Of a DNA stretch of 64,000 nt, positions 1-10,420 are shown one piece after another. Where the stretch lies: NCBI GenBank assembly GCA_002422315.1, contig DIUJ01000051.1, positions 24,887-88,886 of the forward strand, given 5' to 3'. A program made the position numbers and the translations under genes. This DNA comes from Bacteroidetes bacterium UBA6161. GTDB taxonomy: Bacteria; Bacteroidota; Bacteroidia; NS11-12g; UBA955. Numbering within the stretch: position 1 is the stretch's first letter; each line of letters starts with the position of its first letter. The notes beneath the pieces were generated by a model that worked only from the letters and a program-made list of their open reading frames with translations, had not been told where the DNA came from and made no database searches.

Positions 1-318
1 AATGTGTGGATAGGCGAGGGGGTATGGATAGACAACTTAGAATTGGTAGAAATACAATCCAATGTGTGTATTTCCCAAGGTGCTTTGCTTTTATGCGGAA
101 ACCACAATTACAGCAAATCTGCATTTGATTTAATCAGCAAGCCAATTGTTTTAGAAAGAGGGGTTTGGATAGGGGCCAAAAGCGTTGTTACAGGTGGTGT
201 GGTTTGTAAAGACCATTCTGTATTAGCTGCTTTAAGTTTATGCAGTGCCAATACCGAAGCATATAGCATTTACCGAGGCAATCCTGCCGTAAAAGTTAAA
301 GATAGAAACATTGAATAA
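1..318 (+). CDS. Hexapeptide-repeat (left-handed beta-helix) acetyltransferase, C-terminal fragment; 5' end lies outside the window
   Basis: Frame is open to the window edge. Repeated hexapeptide-like segments (VWIGEGVWI, RGVWIGAKSVVTGGVV). Overlaps the start of a GT2 gene by 8 nt, as in polysaccharide loci. Confidence 0.7.
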   Translation, partial: NVWIGEGVWIDNLELVEIQSNVCISQGALLLCGNHNYSKSAFDLISKPIVLERGVWIGAKSVVTGGVVCKDHSVLAALSLCSANTEAYSIYRGNPAVKVKDRNIE

Positions 319-1081
319 TCCGAAAATTAGTATTGTAACGGTGGTGTTTAATGCCGAAAAAACCATAGCCCAAGCTATAGAATCGGTTGTAAATCAAACT
401 TATGGGAATATAGAATATATAGTTGTAGATGGCAAGTCTACAGACAATACTCTAGCAATCATACAAAGTTATTCTACGCAGATTAGCCATTGTGTTAGCG
501 AACCCGATAAAGGCTTGTACGATGCCATGAACAAAGGAGTTGCTTTAGCTTCTGGTGATGTGGTTGGAATACTAAATGCAGATGATTTTTTAGCAGACAA
601 TACCGTGATAGAAAAAATTGCAAATTTGTTTGCTCAAAACCCAGGAATAGATGCAGTTAGTACTGATGTTGCAATTTACAAAGGAGAAGACTTTTCTAAG
701 CCATGGAGATACTATGCTGCAAAGTCTTTCCGAAAATGGCAGTTTTTAATGGGTATTCAGCCGCCGCATCCTGGCTTTTATGTAAAAAGAGAGTTTTATG
801 AAAAGTATGGGAATTACAGGACAGATTTTAGAATAGCAGCAGACTTTGACTTAATGTTAAGGTTTATTTACATTCATGCCTGCAAGGTCCTGTATTCGCC
901 TATATTGAGTGTAAAAATGCGGGATGGAGGAATTAGTAGTAAAGATTTTAAAAGCAAACTTAGGATGAACCAAGAAGTACAGAAATCTTTATCTGACAAT
1001 AAACTCCCTGCTTACCGTATTTTTATTTGGTTAAAGTATTGTATTAAAATTTGGCAATTGGTATTTGTACCTAAATCATAG
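311..1081 (+). CDS. Family 2 glycosyltransferase
   Basis: N-terminal ISIVTVVFNAEKTI, VVDGKSTDNT, DKGLYDAMNKG and LNADD segments typical of GT2 (GT-A fold, DxD-type). Confidence 0.85.
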   Translation: MNNPKISIVTVVFNAEKTIAQAIESVVNQTYGNIEYIVVDGKSTDNTLAIIQSYSTQISHCVSEPDKGLYDAMNKGVALASGDVVGILNADDFLADNTVIEKIANLFAQNPGIDAVSTDVAIYKGEDFSKPWRYYAAKSFRKWQFLMGIQPPHPGFYVKREFYEKYGNYRTDFRIAADFDLMLRFIYIHACKVLYSPILSVKMRDGGISSKDFKSKLRMNQEVQKSLSDNKLPAYRIFIWLKYCIKIWQLVFVPKS

Positions 1082-1343
1082 GGGGGGCTGAACTTTCTTT
1101 ACATTATATATTTTAATTTGTATCTTATTTGATATTGTTCTTATACTTTTAATATTGTACTTTAGCTATTATGAAATGTAGTTTATAAGTTAAAATAAAA
1201 TTTGAACAAGTATCATTTTCTATATCTGTATACGTTACATTGTATAAGTTGTTTAGTGTGTTTTGAAAGTTTATGATTCTGAATCTTTAATTACCCAATT
1301 TATGTTGTGTTTTTATTTTAAACTACAGGGTTATTAGATAAAA

Positions 1344-2024
1344 TTAAGAAATAATCCTTCCATCCTCCATTACTATGTTCCTCTGTGTTTTATCTGCAAA
1401 GTTTTGATCGTGAGTTACAACTAGTAAAGTTTTATTGTTTGTATTTACTAAATCATTGAAAATGTTAAATACAATGTCAGTGTTTTTGCTATCTAAATTT
1501 CCAGTAGGTTCGTCGCACATTAGTATTAGGGGGTCGTTTATCATTGCTCTAGCAATTGCAACTCTTTGTTTTTCACCACCAGAAACTTGATGAGCCATTT
1601 TCTTGGCAAGTCTTTCAATGCCCAATTTCTTAAGTAATTCGTATGCATTGTGTTCCAGTTCTTGTTCGGTTAATTTATTGGCTTTAATTCCAGGAAGCAT
1701 TACATTTTTCAATACGCTAAACTCATTCAGTAAATAATGAAATTGAAATACAAATCCGATTTTTTCATTTCTCACCAATGCCAATTGAGATTCTGTCTTT
1801 CCCGCCATCAACTCATTGTCTATCCAAAGTTCTCCGTTGTACTCGGTATCCATAGTAGAGAGTATGTAAAGCAAGGTGGATTTTCCGCAACCCGATTTTC
1901 CAGTTACGGAAACAAATTCCCCTCTATTTATTGTAAACGAAAGGTCTTTTAAAACATCAATTTTTACAGGATCGTAAAATGATTTATTAATGGATTTTAC
2001 TTCTAGAGCGATTTCTTTATTCAT
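1344..2024 (-). CDS. ABC transporter ATP-binding protein (MacB/LolD-like)
   Basis: Walker A GKSGCGKST, ABC signature VSGGEKQRVAIARA, Walker B LILMCDEPTGNLD, H-loop VTHD. Confidence 0.9.
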   Translation of the reverse strand: MNKEIALEVKSINKSFYDPVKIDVLKDLSFTINRGEFVSVTGKSGCGKSTLLYILSTMDTEYNGELWIDNELMAGKTESQLALVRNEKIGFVFQFHYLLNEFSVLKNVMLPGIKANKLTEQELEHNAYELLKKLGIERLAKKMAHQVSGGEKQRVAIARAMINDPLILMCDEPTGNLDSKNTDIVFNIFNDLVNTNNKTLLVVTHDQNFADKTQRNIVMEDGRIIS

Positions 2025-2025
2025 T

Positions 2026-3285
2026 TTATTTACCTCTAATAATTTCTACAGGATCTACTACACTAGCTTTTCTGGAAGGAAACCAGCCTGCAAAATAAGT
2101 AGTGACTATAGCAAAAATCACTGCAATGGTATAATATTGTATGCCATAGTCTACTGGATAAGTTTCTATGCTAGGTAGTGCCGCAGAATCAAATGGGATA
2201 TGGTCTATAATTATTGAAAAAACAAGTCCCAACAATGCTCCTATAATTGCACCACTTAATCCAATACTTAATGAAATTGCAATGAATATTTTTTTTACAT
2301 CAGAACCTGAAAATCCTGTTGCCTTTAGGATGGCAATGGTATCCATTTTTTCATAGATCATCATATTCAGTATATTATAAATGCCAAATCCAGCTACTAT
2401 TAATAGCACAATCCCTACTGCAAAAGAAATTATTGTTCTGGCACTACTACCTGTTTCAAATTGAGCATTTGCTGTTTGTATATCTTCTGCATCTATTTTA
2501 AAGAGTGTAGCATATTCCTTTGCCAATTCTGGAGCCTTGTCTATGTCGTATAGTTTGATTTGGATGTCGCTCATATAGGTACTAGACTCCCCTAGCAATT
2601 TTTGACAGGTAGTCAAACTTACATAACTTTGTATTTTGTCTAATTCCGCCATCCCTGATTGAAAAAACCCTACAACTTTGAGAGAAAATTGCTCTCCTTT
2701 TGCAGTGGTAACTTGTATCATATCTCCCTTTTTTGCTAGCATTTTATCTGCAACTCCTTGCCCTAAAATAATGCTATTAGAGCGGTAATCTAAATCCAAG
2801 GCATTGCCACCTACAATATAGTCTTCAAATTGAAACAATTTGGACTCTTGTTTTACTTCAATCCCATTGACTACTCCATTGAGTTGGATATTTCCTAGAT
2901 TGTAAAAAACTTGCGCGGAAAGTTTTGGAGCTACTCCAAAAACACGAGAGTCTTTTTCTAGTCTTTTGAAAATAGTTTCAACATTATAGATTTCTTTTCT
3001 TGCATTTGCTGGCTTGATAGAATGGATTAAATGATGGAAGTTCTTATAAGTGGAATCTAATTCTACCGGTTGATAATCAGATGGGCGAATATCGTTGTAA
3101 AGACGAATATGCGGGGTTCTATTTAAAACTAATCCATCCAAAAGTGTATTTAAACCTTCCATAAAGCCCAAAAGAGAAACGAAAAAAGCGACACTAAAAG
3201 CTACCCCAATAGCTGCAACTAAAGTTTGTTTTGAACGTGCTAGGAGCAAAGCTTTTGCTATTTCGAAAATGTGCTTTATTTTCAT
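2026..3285 (-). CDS. ABC transporter permease, FtsX/MacB family
   Basis: N-terminal TM helix, large periplasmic domain and a C-terminal cluster of 3 TM helices. Only 1 nt separates it from the downstream ATPase gene. Confidence 0.85.
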   Translation of the reverse strand: MKIKHIFEIAKALLLARSKQTLVAAIGVAFSVAFFVSLLGFMEGLNTLLDGLVLNRTPHIRLYNDIRPSDYQPVELDSTYKNFHHLIHSIKPANARKEIYNVETIFKRLEKDSRVFGVAPKLSAQVFYNLGNIQLNGVVNGIEVKQESKLFQFEDYIVGGNALDLDYRSNSIILGQGVADKMLAKKGDMIQVTTAKGEQFSLKVVGFFQSGMAELDKIQSYVSLTTCQKLLGESSTYMSDIQIKLYDIDKAPELAKEYATLFKIDAEDIQTANAQFETGSSARTIISFAVGIVLLIVAGFGIYNILNMMIYEKMDTIAILKATGFSGSDVKKIFIAISLSIGLSGAIIGALLGLVFSIIIDHIPFDSAALPSIETYPVDYGIQYYTIAVIFAIVTTYFAGWFPSRKASVVDPVEIIRGK

Positions 3286-4367
3286 TCTTTTGGAAGATTG
3301 ATTTTTGAATTCGCATTTATTCCGCTAAGAATTTCAACAGTGTTGTAATTTTTAAAACCAGTTTTTATAGTACGAATTGAACCATCTTCCAATATCACAG
3401 AAGTATCATTTAATAAATAATTGGTAGGAATCGTAAGTACATTGGATTTTTCATTTACAATGATATTTGCCTCTAAAGTAAGGTTTGGGTAAAGTACTTC
3501 TGGAGCTTTTGTGAAAACGGCTTCTACCCTAAAGGCTCTTTTTCTTTCATCCATCATTGGGTAAATGAAATTTACAACTGCTTCAAATGTTTGGTTTTCA
3601 TAGCTATCCAAACGTATGATTACTTTTTGTCCTTTTTTTAATTTTACGATATCTAGTTCATCTACATTAAATTCTATAATAAAATCACGTTCTCCTATTA
3701 TTGCTAATGGTGTAATCCCATTGGTTAATTCTCCTTTTTTGGCATTGATTTTATACACTACTCCATCCAATTCACTTTTAATTGTCAAATCATGCTTAGT
3801 GAATTCTGCTATTTTAAGGTTGTTTTTACTTTGTTCAGAAGTTAGTTTTAGTAAGCGATTGAGATCCTCGTAGGCAACTTTTGCTTTTTTCAAATTTGCT
3901 TTCGCATTTTCATAACTGAGTTCTTGTTGTTCCAGTTGAATTTTAGATCCAATATTTTGCTTCCAAAGGTTTTGCTGCCTTTGTAGGAGTATAGAATCGT
4001 TTGTTACTTTCTTTTGTGCTAAATCTATTCCATTTTTAGCTTCCAAAAGTTTATACATATTCTTTTCATAATCATTTGTAAATGCCGTAGTCTGAGCATT
4101 TTCAGCGGTTAATATGGTACTGTTATTTTCGAGTTGAAAAAGTGGAGTACCTTGCCTTACGGTATCGCCTTCTTTTACAAAAATAGTTTCAATTTTCCCA
4201 TTAAGCTCCGCATATACCTCATATTGATTGTTACTTTTCACAATTCCTGCGGCATATATACTTTCTGTAATGTGGGATATAGAGGGGCTAATTGATGAAG
4301 TAGAATTGTTACATCCTATAACTATAAAAAAAAGTATAAATGGGACGAATTTTAAATAATTGTGCAT
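3282..4367 (-). CDS. HlyD-family periplasmic adaptor (membrane fusion protein), lipoprotein-like N-terminus
   Basis: Signal/lipobox-like FFIVIGC, biotinyl-lipoyl-like segment (VKEGDTVRQGTPLFQLE), long coiled-coil middle and beta-barrel C-terminus. Overlaps the permease gene by 4 nt. Confidence 0.8.
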   Translation of the reverse strand: MHNYLKFVPFILFFIVIGCNNSTSSISPSISHITESIYAAGIVKSNNQYEVYAELNGKIETIFVKEGDTVRQGTPLFQLENNSTILTAENAQTTAFTNDYEKNMYKLLEAKNGIDLAQKKVTNDSILLQRQQNLWKQNIGSKIQLEQQELSYENAKANLKKAKVAYEDLNRLLKLTSEQSKNNLKIAEFTKHDLTIKSELDGVVYKINAKKGELTNGITPLAIIGERDFIIEFNVDELDIVKLKKGQKVIIRLDSYENQTFEAVVNFIYPMMDERKRAFRVEAVFTKAPEVLYPNLTLEANIIVNEKSNVLTIPTNYLLNDTSVILEDGSIRTIKTGFKNYNTVEILSGINANSKINLPKE

Positions 4368-4574
4368 TCCTTCTAGTGTATTTATTTAGATGTTGTTAAG
4401 TAGCAATAGTTTCTTATATTCGTCACGAATAATGTCTTATAATCTTTGTTTCAATTTCAAAAATAGAGAATTTCATCTCTTCATATGCAATGTAAGCAAT
4501 TAAATTAATAAAACGAAATATTAGTCTCAAAGCTTCCAAAGAAATCTCAGAACCAAAAATTGATAAATTTTTTT

Positions 4575-6191
4575 TTAAGGTTCTATAATTATTTTTTGAG
4601 TCGCTTTTTCATAAGGGGTATCAATGGTTAAAATGTATATGCCACCTTTGGCTAAATTATCAATTTTTCGTTTATAAATATTTTCTCCTATTTTTAAATT
4701 TGTGAATACTTTGTCTTCAATTTTTTTGCCATCTACACTATACAAAGAAATTTTTGTATCCGCTATTTGGGTAAGATTGAATTTTACTAAGAAATCTCCG
4801 TCATTTGGATTTGGATATACCTGCAATTGCAATGTTCCTATACTTTGGTCGTTTAATTTATGTGTAGAAACTGTGTTATTATTTGTCAAATAGACTTTAA
4901 ATATTTGGCTACTAGCACTACTCTCTACTCCCGTATTTATCCAAAAAATATTCTTTGCCGAACTATTTATTCCTCCATAAATATAGCCAACTAATGTACT
5001 ATCGGCAGTTATTTGGTCCAAATTCAATACTTTATTATTAAAGTGTGGAATATTTAAGTTTGGGATAAATTCTGCACCTGCTCCTAAAAATTGAGGCATT
5101 TCGCTTGGTAATTTATATTCAGCCATCATGCCATTTGCATCTATTGTAACCCTTGCAATGGTTTTTACAAATGGTACATTATTGTCTTGAACCAAAGTGC
5201 CTGAACTGTCATAATATTGAGCAATGCCACCAAAAAACACATTGTGCATTTCGTTATTTGTAGCTGAATATAAAGGCAACACAGCACAATGGTAATGGTT
5301 GTAATATTGTTGGAATGTATTATTTACCGCATAATTTGCACTATCAATAGTCACAGAGTTTAAGAAAGGTAAATCTACTGTTTGTTGGAAAACTCCTGAA
5401 AACATTGTTATTCCTTCTTCACCATTTGGCAATATTTGTGCTTCTGCATTGTAATCTCTTCTATGTAAATTTACACTGTCTAAATAGGAGGGTAAATGAT
5501 TAATAGAAATTGCTGAACCATTGTCTGTAATGGTAAATTTTCTAATCGCATTTGTATATTCTTGTATAAAACCTGGTCCATTGTTGGGTCCCATTGGATT
5601 ATAGCGTCCAATAAATTTTTGACCACCTAACAAATAAAAGTCATTATTTATTTTCTTTAAACGTCCTCCAGTTACTTGTAATTTAGGGTCTGTAATCTGA
5701 CGAAAATACGATACAAAACTTGTATTGTTAATTACAGCATTGATTACATCAGACACTTTAATTGCTGTAAGGTATGGAAATGTAGTGTGGTCGGCCGCTG
5801 TAGTGCTATAACCATAGCCACCAGTGCAATATAGGTAATCTCCTTGTTGGTAAAATTGCATATTGGTAGAACTCATTTGTTCTTGTATGGCTACTGGCAA
5901 TGAGCTAAGTGGGGCAGTCCATTTTTGTTGTAAAATCGGGTCTATTACTATAAGTTGGTTGTTATGTCCTGCTATATCAAACGAAGCAAAAGGTTGTCTT
6001 CTATGCAGCCCATCTAATCTGCCACCTACAATAAGCCATTTGTTATTGTGTTGTCCAAAAGCATAAGATTGAAGCCCTCCTAATTCGGCAATGTTTAAGG
6101 GCTCAATTACAACATTAAATGGTACGCTTTGTCCAAATACAGTTAGATTCAATAGGATTAATCCCAATATTGTTGTTAATTTTTTTCTCAT
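4575..6191 (-). CDS. Secreted protein with T9SS C-terminal sorting domain (beta-propeller/kelch-like body)
   Basis: N-terminal signal peptide. The C-terminal ~80 aa contain LQVYPNPNDGDF...GIYILTIDT...KIIIEP, typical of type A T9SS CTDs. Confidence 0.65.
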   Translation of the reverse strand: MRKKLTTILGLILLNLTVFGQSVPFNVVIEPLNIAELGGLQSYAFGQHNNKWLIVGGRLDGLHRRQPFASFDIAGHNNQLIVIDPILQQKWTAPLSSLPVAIQEQMSSTNMQFYQQGDYLYCTGGYGYSTTAADHTTFPYLTAIKVSDVINAVINNTSFVSYFRQITDPKLQVTGGRLKKINNDFYLLGGQKFIGRYNPMGPNNGPGFIQEYTNAIRKFTITDNGSAISINHLPSYLDSVNLHRRDYNAEAQILPNGEEGITMFSGVFQQTVDLPFLNSVTIDSANYAVNNTFQQYYNHYHCAVLPLYSATNNEMHNVFFGGIAQYYDSSGTLVQDNNVPFVKTIARVTIDANGMMAEYKLPSEMPQFLGAGAEFIPNLNIPHFNNKVLNLDQITADSTLVGYIYGGINSSAKNIFWINTGVESSASSQIFKVYLTNNNTVSTHKLNDQSIGTLQLQVYPNPNDGDFLVKFNLTQIADTKISLYSVDGKKIEDKVFTNLKIGENIYKRKIDNLAKGGIYILTIDTPYEKATQKIIIEP

Positions 6192-6492
6192 AATGTATGT
6201 TGCATATTTATACTGTAAATTTATTTCTTTAAATACTGCTGAATTGTAACATAAGTCACTTAACGCTGTAATACGTAGTTATACTGTAGGGTAGTTTCAA
6301 TGTCTAATTGCTTTTTAGAGGAATTGATATAATAATTTGAACTAATAGAGTAGTCTAACATAAGATTACTTTAAGGTTAAAAGTAGGGTAGAGTTTACGA
6401 TTTTTTTTAGTATACCCCTTTTGTTATTGATTATTAATTATAGATTTAAGCAAACCTTTTTACATAAACATATGCGTGTATCCGCAAAGGGT

Positions 6493-6741
6493 TTAATGTA
6501 AATTACGTTTCTCTAATTCCTTTTTCAAAGCTTCATATTTCTTTGGTTTTTTTAAAAATAGGTATATAAAGTACAATGGAATTAGTGTAAGAAAGCCCCA
6601 AGAATTTGCAGCTACACTATAAATGATTACACCGACTAAAAACCCAATAAAAAAAGCATCAATAATTGGTGAAGGTTTATTAATTTTTGCTCTTTCTAGC
6701 AGTTCTTTGTCTGTTAATTCTAGCAATTCTTTGTGATCCAT
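6493..6741 (-). CDS. Small membrane protein (2 predicted TM helices), unknown function
   Basis: 82-aa ORF with a hydrophobic core (PIIDAFFIGFLVGVIIYSVAANSWGFLTLIPLYFIYLFL). A partial copy of the island leader box lies about 160 nt upstream. Confidence 0.4.
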   Translation of the reverse strand: MDHKELLELTDKELLERAKINKPSPIIDAFFIGFLVGVIIYSVAANSWGFLTLIPLYFIYLFLKKPKKYEALKKELEKRNLH

Positions 6742-6903
6742 ATGGTTAAATTAATTATGTTTATCTGGTTTTAATTTACTTTTAATATCTGTTAAAATCG
6801 GTTTGACTTTGTATATGATATACCTGTATGTCTGAGCTGTGTCCTTTTACCTCAAGACAAAAAAATGCTCTGTTCTAGAATCTTGCAGGGAAGTCATTTC
6901 TTT

Positions 6904-6930
6904 GCATTCGGCGGGATTACATGTCTAAAA
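6904..6930 (-). repeat. Partial copy of the cassette leader box (GCATTCGGCGGGATTACATGTCTAAAA on + strand)
   Basis: Near-identical to 11303-11329 and similar to 9945-9973 and 11955-11983. It lacks the adjacent TAnnTTTG box. Confidence 0.6.
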
Positions 6931-7247
6931 CCCAAATTAATCCAATAAGAATTTTATAATTGGATTGCTACAAAGATAGGTGTCCAAATGCTTTATGCAA
7001 ATCCTTAGATTTTTTGGCAGTTTGTCGTCTTGTCTATGCGAAGTTCCCCTAAGGGCATTGAATATAGGAGGTGTTATGGGTTTTTACTCTTTCTGGGTTT
7101 ACAATATCCTTGTTTTTTTATCTTGTTTTGTATTAGTACCTATCCTTTCTATTTAATATTCAATCCTATAAAATAGAATATTCGTTTTATACACTACTAT
7201 GTATTGCATAGTACATTTTTATACATAGATTTGCAGGGTAGGAAAAA

Positions 7248-7595
7248 GTGTACAGAATGGGTAAAGAAATTGACAAAGAGAATATTCAAAGTCAGATGCG
7301 AAAAGGCTTGTTGGAATACTGCGTATTGGGTATGTTGCATCATCATGAGTTGTATCCGGGCGATATGATTACGGAGTTGAAAAAAGCAGGGTTAGTAATT
7401 TTAGAAGGAACACTTTACCCACTTCTTACCCGATTAAAAAATGGTGGCTACCTGCAATATCGTTGGCAAGAAAGCCAATCGGGACCTCCTCGCAAATATT
7501 ATGCACTTACAGAAGAAGGTAAAAATCTTTACAATCATCTACACAAAACCTGGAATGAAATCTCAGAATCCGTAAACCAAATCAATCAAAAATAA
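7248..7595 (+). CDS. PadR family transcriptional regulator (start may be the ATG at 7257)
   Basis: Winged-helix segment LLEYCVLGML...YPGDMITEL...EGTLYPLLTRLKNGGYL...PPRKYYALTEEG is the PadR signature. Confidence 0.85.
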   Translation: MYRMGKEIDKENIQSQMRKGLLEYCVLGMLHHHELYPGDMITELKKAGLVILEGTLYPLLTRLKNGGYLQYRWQESQSGPPRKYYALTEEGKNLYNHLHKTWNEISESVNQINQK

Positions 7596-7606
7596 GACAC
7601 AACCTT

Positions 7607-9370
7607 ATGGAAAAAGTAATTTATATAAACATGGGAGGCAGGGTGATTCCCATAGAAGAGAAGGCAGCTGCAAAGTTAGAAGCTTATTTTGAAAAGCTTA
7701 AATCTACCTTTACGAAAGAAGAGGGTGCTACAGAAATTTTAGAAGACATTGAAAGTAGATTTTCTGAACATTTTCAAGAAAAATTAGATTTGGGCAAGGC
7801 CTGTATCCAACAAACGGATGTGGCGCAAGTTATTGAAATTATGGGTCATCCCGAAGATTTTGAGGATAATCCTTCTGACGATACTTTGGAGGAACCAAAA
7901 ATTGAAAGGAGATTCTATAGAAACAACAACGATAAAGTAGTGGCAGGAGTATGTAGCGGATTGGCAGATTTTTTTGCCATAGATCCTGTTTTTGTGCGCA
8001 TTATTTTTGTGGTAGCAGTGATTGGGGGCTTAGGTATTGGGGTGTTAGTTTATCTATTGCTTTGGATTTTAGTTCCTCTAAAATCAGCTACTGAAAACAG
8101 ACATTCCAAACTATTTAGAAGCAGAGACAACCGAATTTTGGCAGGTGTATCAGGTGGCTTGGGTCATTATTTTGGCATTAGTCCTAATATCCCTCGCTTG
8201 ATTTTTTTATTTCCCTTTGTGCTTTCTATTTTTTCGGGGTTAATTTTCTTCCCTTTTGGTGTACCGGGTATGATTTTGACTTTAGGAAGCTTGGGCAGTT
8301 CGGTTGTTATCATTTATTTAATTATGTGGTTTGTAATTCCAGAAGCAAAAACCCGTACACAAAAAATGCAAATGCAAAGGGAGGAGGTAAATATTCAAAA
8401 CATTATAAAAACTGTGAAAGAAGACGCCAAAATTATTCGTGATAAGGCAAGTACACAGGGCAAAAAACTGGGAGAAGAAATGGAAGAAATGGCAAGTCAA
8501 TTGAAAAATAATTTTGAAAAAAATGCCTCTAAGTTTAAAAACGAAAGCCTTGATTTTTCAAAAAAAGCGGAACAAAAAGCCAAGCAAATGGAACAGGAGT
8601 TGAAGGATAGTTTGAATCGCAAGGACAACCCCTTGATACGCTTTTTGACCGTTGTTGGGTTCATAGTAATGGGCCTTGTTTTTGTGACTTTTCTGTTGCT
8701 GTTTCTGGGATCTGTGTTTTTTGCCACACTTGCAGAGCCTTTTTTATCCTACATCACCTATACCGAAGCTGATAAGTGGCTTTTTTATGCCATTGTTATA
8801 GGTTTCCCATTTCTGCTGTTTTGGAGCTCTGGTTTTGGTTTAGTAAAAATGTTTACAGGTAAAAATATTGCTCTTACCGTGGTAAATGTTATCACTACTT
8901 TTTTATGGATAGGGCTTATTTCCTCCGTGGTTTTTTTGACATGGAACTACAGTAAAAACTATAGATACAAAATGGAATTATCAAACGAAATTTTGATGAA
9001 AAAAGATAGCGAAATATCTTCAAGAATAACTATTAAAAGTACAACCCTACCGAAGGGTTTCAGGCTGTTTTCTTATACAAACAAAATGATGATGAAGGCA
9101 GACACCTTGTATCTCAAAAATGTGAGTTACAAAATTACGCGTACAGATGATTCTTTGCTTAGGGTATTTGCAGAAGGCGATGTATTCCATCACAGCACAC
9201 AAAGCAATTTGAATTTGCTCACCACTCATGAAGGATTAAAATGGGAAGGCAACACTTTGTATTTGCCAAGTTATAGCAAACTGCTACCTGGAGAAAAGCT
9301 AAACACAAAACATATTACCTACCACATACACCTGCCCAAGAATTTGGAATACGAGGCAGATTTTTTTTAG
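7607..9370 (+). CDS. PspC domain-containing membrane protein
   Basis: Two PspC-like segments (KVVAGVCSGLADFFAIDPVFVRIIFVV and RILAGVSGGLGHYFGISPNIPRLIFLF) with multiple TM helices. It follows padR, as in many Bacteroidota. Confidence 0.8.
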   Translation: MEKVIYINMGGRVIPIEEKAAAKLEAYFEKLKSTFTKEEGATEILEDIESRFSEHFQEKLDLGKACIQQTDVAQVIEIMGHPEDFEDNPSDDTLEEPKIERRFYRNNNDKVVAGVCSGLADFFAIDPVFVRIIFVVAVIGGLGIGVLVYLLLWILVPLKSATENRHSKLFRSRDNRILAGVSGGLGHYFGISPNIPRLIFLFPFVLSIFSGLIFFPFGVPGMILTLGSLGSSVVIIYLIMWFVIPEAKTRTQKMQMQREEVNIQNIIKTVKEDAKIIRDKASTQGKKLGEEMEEMASQLKNNFEKNASKFKNESLDFSKKAEQKAKQMEQELKDSLNRKDNPLIRFLTVVGFIVMGLVFVTFLLLFLGSVFFATLAEPFLSYITYTEADKWLFYAIVIGFPFLLFWSSGFGLVKMFTGKNIALTVVNVITTFLWIGLISSVVFLTWNYSKNYRYKMELSNEILMKKDSEISSRITIKSTTLPKGFRLFSYTNKMMMKADTLYLKNVSYKITRTDDSLLRVFAEGDVFHHSTQSNLNLLTTHEGLKWEGNTLYLPSYSKLLPGEKLNTKHITYHIHLPKNLEYEADFF

Positions 9371-9487
9371 TGTGCTTTTATAGTAAAAATTATACTAATC
9401 TAACGCAAACAAAAGCCTCTTTTAGTAAGCCTTTATTCAAGTGCTTTTTTGTAGAAATCCTGCTTTTTTACGGTTGTAAAAGGGGGG

Positions 9488-9518
9488 GTGCACTTGTCCG
9501 CCGAAGGAGGGAGCTACG
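9488..9518 (-). repeat. Cassette 3' box, copy 1 (GTGCACTTGTCCGCCGAAGGAGGGAGCTACG on + strand)
   Basis: Lies 22 nt downstream of the 9541 stop codon in gene orientation. Related boxes lie downstream of four other minus-strand genes. Confidence 0.7.
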
Positions 9519-9540
9519 AATGTAATGGACTGTTTTACTA

Positions 9541-9891
9541 TTAGTTTATTTTGATTAACCTGTAAAATGTAAGTCCTTTTCGTGACTTGGCAATTTTCCC
9601 ATTTTTATCAAATGTCCAAACATTATGAAATTTCTGCACTGTATTATTGTCCTTTAAGACCACTTTGTTTCCTTTTATAGTCCAACTGCCTTTGGCAATT
9701 ATTTTTTTGTCAGAAACAGAGAAGTCTTGGTAATAATAGGTTCGGTCTGAATTAATTGTCAACTTAATTTGGGAAGGGTCGTTAGAACAAACACCATAGG
9801 TGCCTATAAATTGGTTGACACTAGTGTTTGAAAATGATGACATTAGTATTGCCATTGTTAATATTGTAAGAGTTTTCATTGTTTTTTTCAT
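9541..9891 (-). CDS. Small secreted protein, paralog 1 (116 aa), unknown function
   Basis: Signal peptide MKKTMKTLTILTMAILMSSFS. Differs from the 11550-11900 product at only a few residues. Confidence 0.6.
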   Translation of the reverse strand: MKKTMKTLTILTMAILMSSFSNTSVNQFIGTYGVCSNDPSQIKLTINSDRTYYYQDFSVSDKKIIAKGSWTIKGNKVVLKDNNTVQKFHNVWTFDKNGKIAKSRKGLTFYRLIKIN

Positions 9892-9936
9892 AGTTATTTG
9901 TTTTTAAATTGCTCTTGTTTTAAATGTGTTATAATG

Positions 9937-10005
9937 TCAGTTTCGCACATTGGGCGGGATTACACTTCTAAAAACCTTCTTATTGTTTTCAAAAATAGAA
10001 AAAAC
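9937..10005 (-). promoter_or_regulatory. Cassette 5' box, copy A1: putative Bacteroidota -7 element (TATTTTTG, complement of 9990-9997) plus conserved leader
   Basis: Conserved with 11276-11361, 11946-12013 and 13464-13522. Contains a match to the TAnnTTTG -7 consensus in gene orientation. No conserved -33 element was seen. Confidence 0.45.
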
Positions 10006-10337
10006 TACTTTACTCCCCACTTTTTAATGGTTTTTATTTATTGGATTTAAAGTTTAAGAGCAAAATATTTTGGAAATTCAGGTGTCTAAAATGTTCTTAA
10101 AACACCATTTAAAAGGGGTTTAATTACAATTTAAAATATCTTGAAGTTACCCAATACACCCTAAAAGCGGGAGAGCTTTTGTTTTTTATAAACGATGTTA
10201 TCCAATGCAATTCTTAGCATTTTAAGCATACCTAAATGGAGTCTGAAAAATTATATTTTTAAAGTAGAGTACCTTAAAATACCTTTAAAGAAGTCGTTTT
10301 TTTCTAAAAGTTCAATAATCTGTGTTTTTTAAGAGAT

Positions 10338-10391
10338 GTGCACTTGTCCGCCTTAGGAGGAACAGCTACGCCTTAGGATGAACAGCTACGG
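10338..10391 (-). repeat. Cassette 3' box, copy 2, with an internal 20-bp tandem duplication (10351-10370 / 10371-10390)
   Basis: GTGCACTTGTCCG then CCTTAGGAGGAACAGCTACG CCTTAGGATGAACAGCTACG. Lies immediately downstream of the 10421 stop. Confidence 0.7.
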
Positions 10392-10420
10392 CTGTTTGCA
10401 TTAGAGGTTTTATTCTCTCG

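Noticed and set aside
1081-1087. Poly-G tracts as phase-variation switches (G7 at 1081-1087 after the GT2 gene, G7 at 9482-9488, G8 at 60976-60983 in ftsA)
   Set aside because: The first two lie outside coding sequence (the first begins at the stop codon). The third encodes the conserved GGG of the FtsA LTGGGAEL motif in an essential gene, so there is no evidence of frameshifting.
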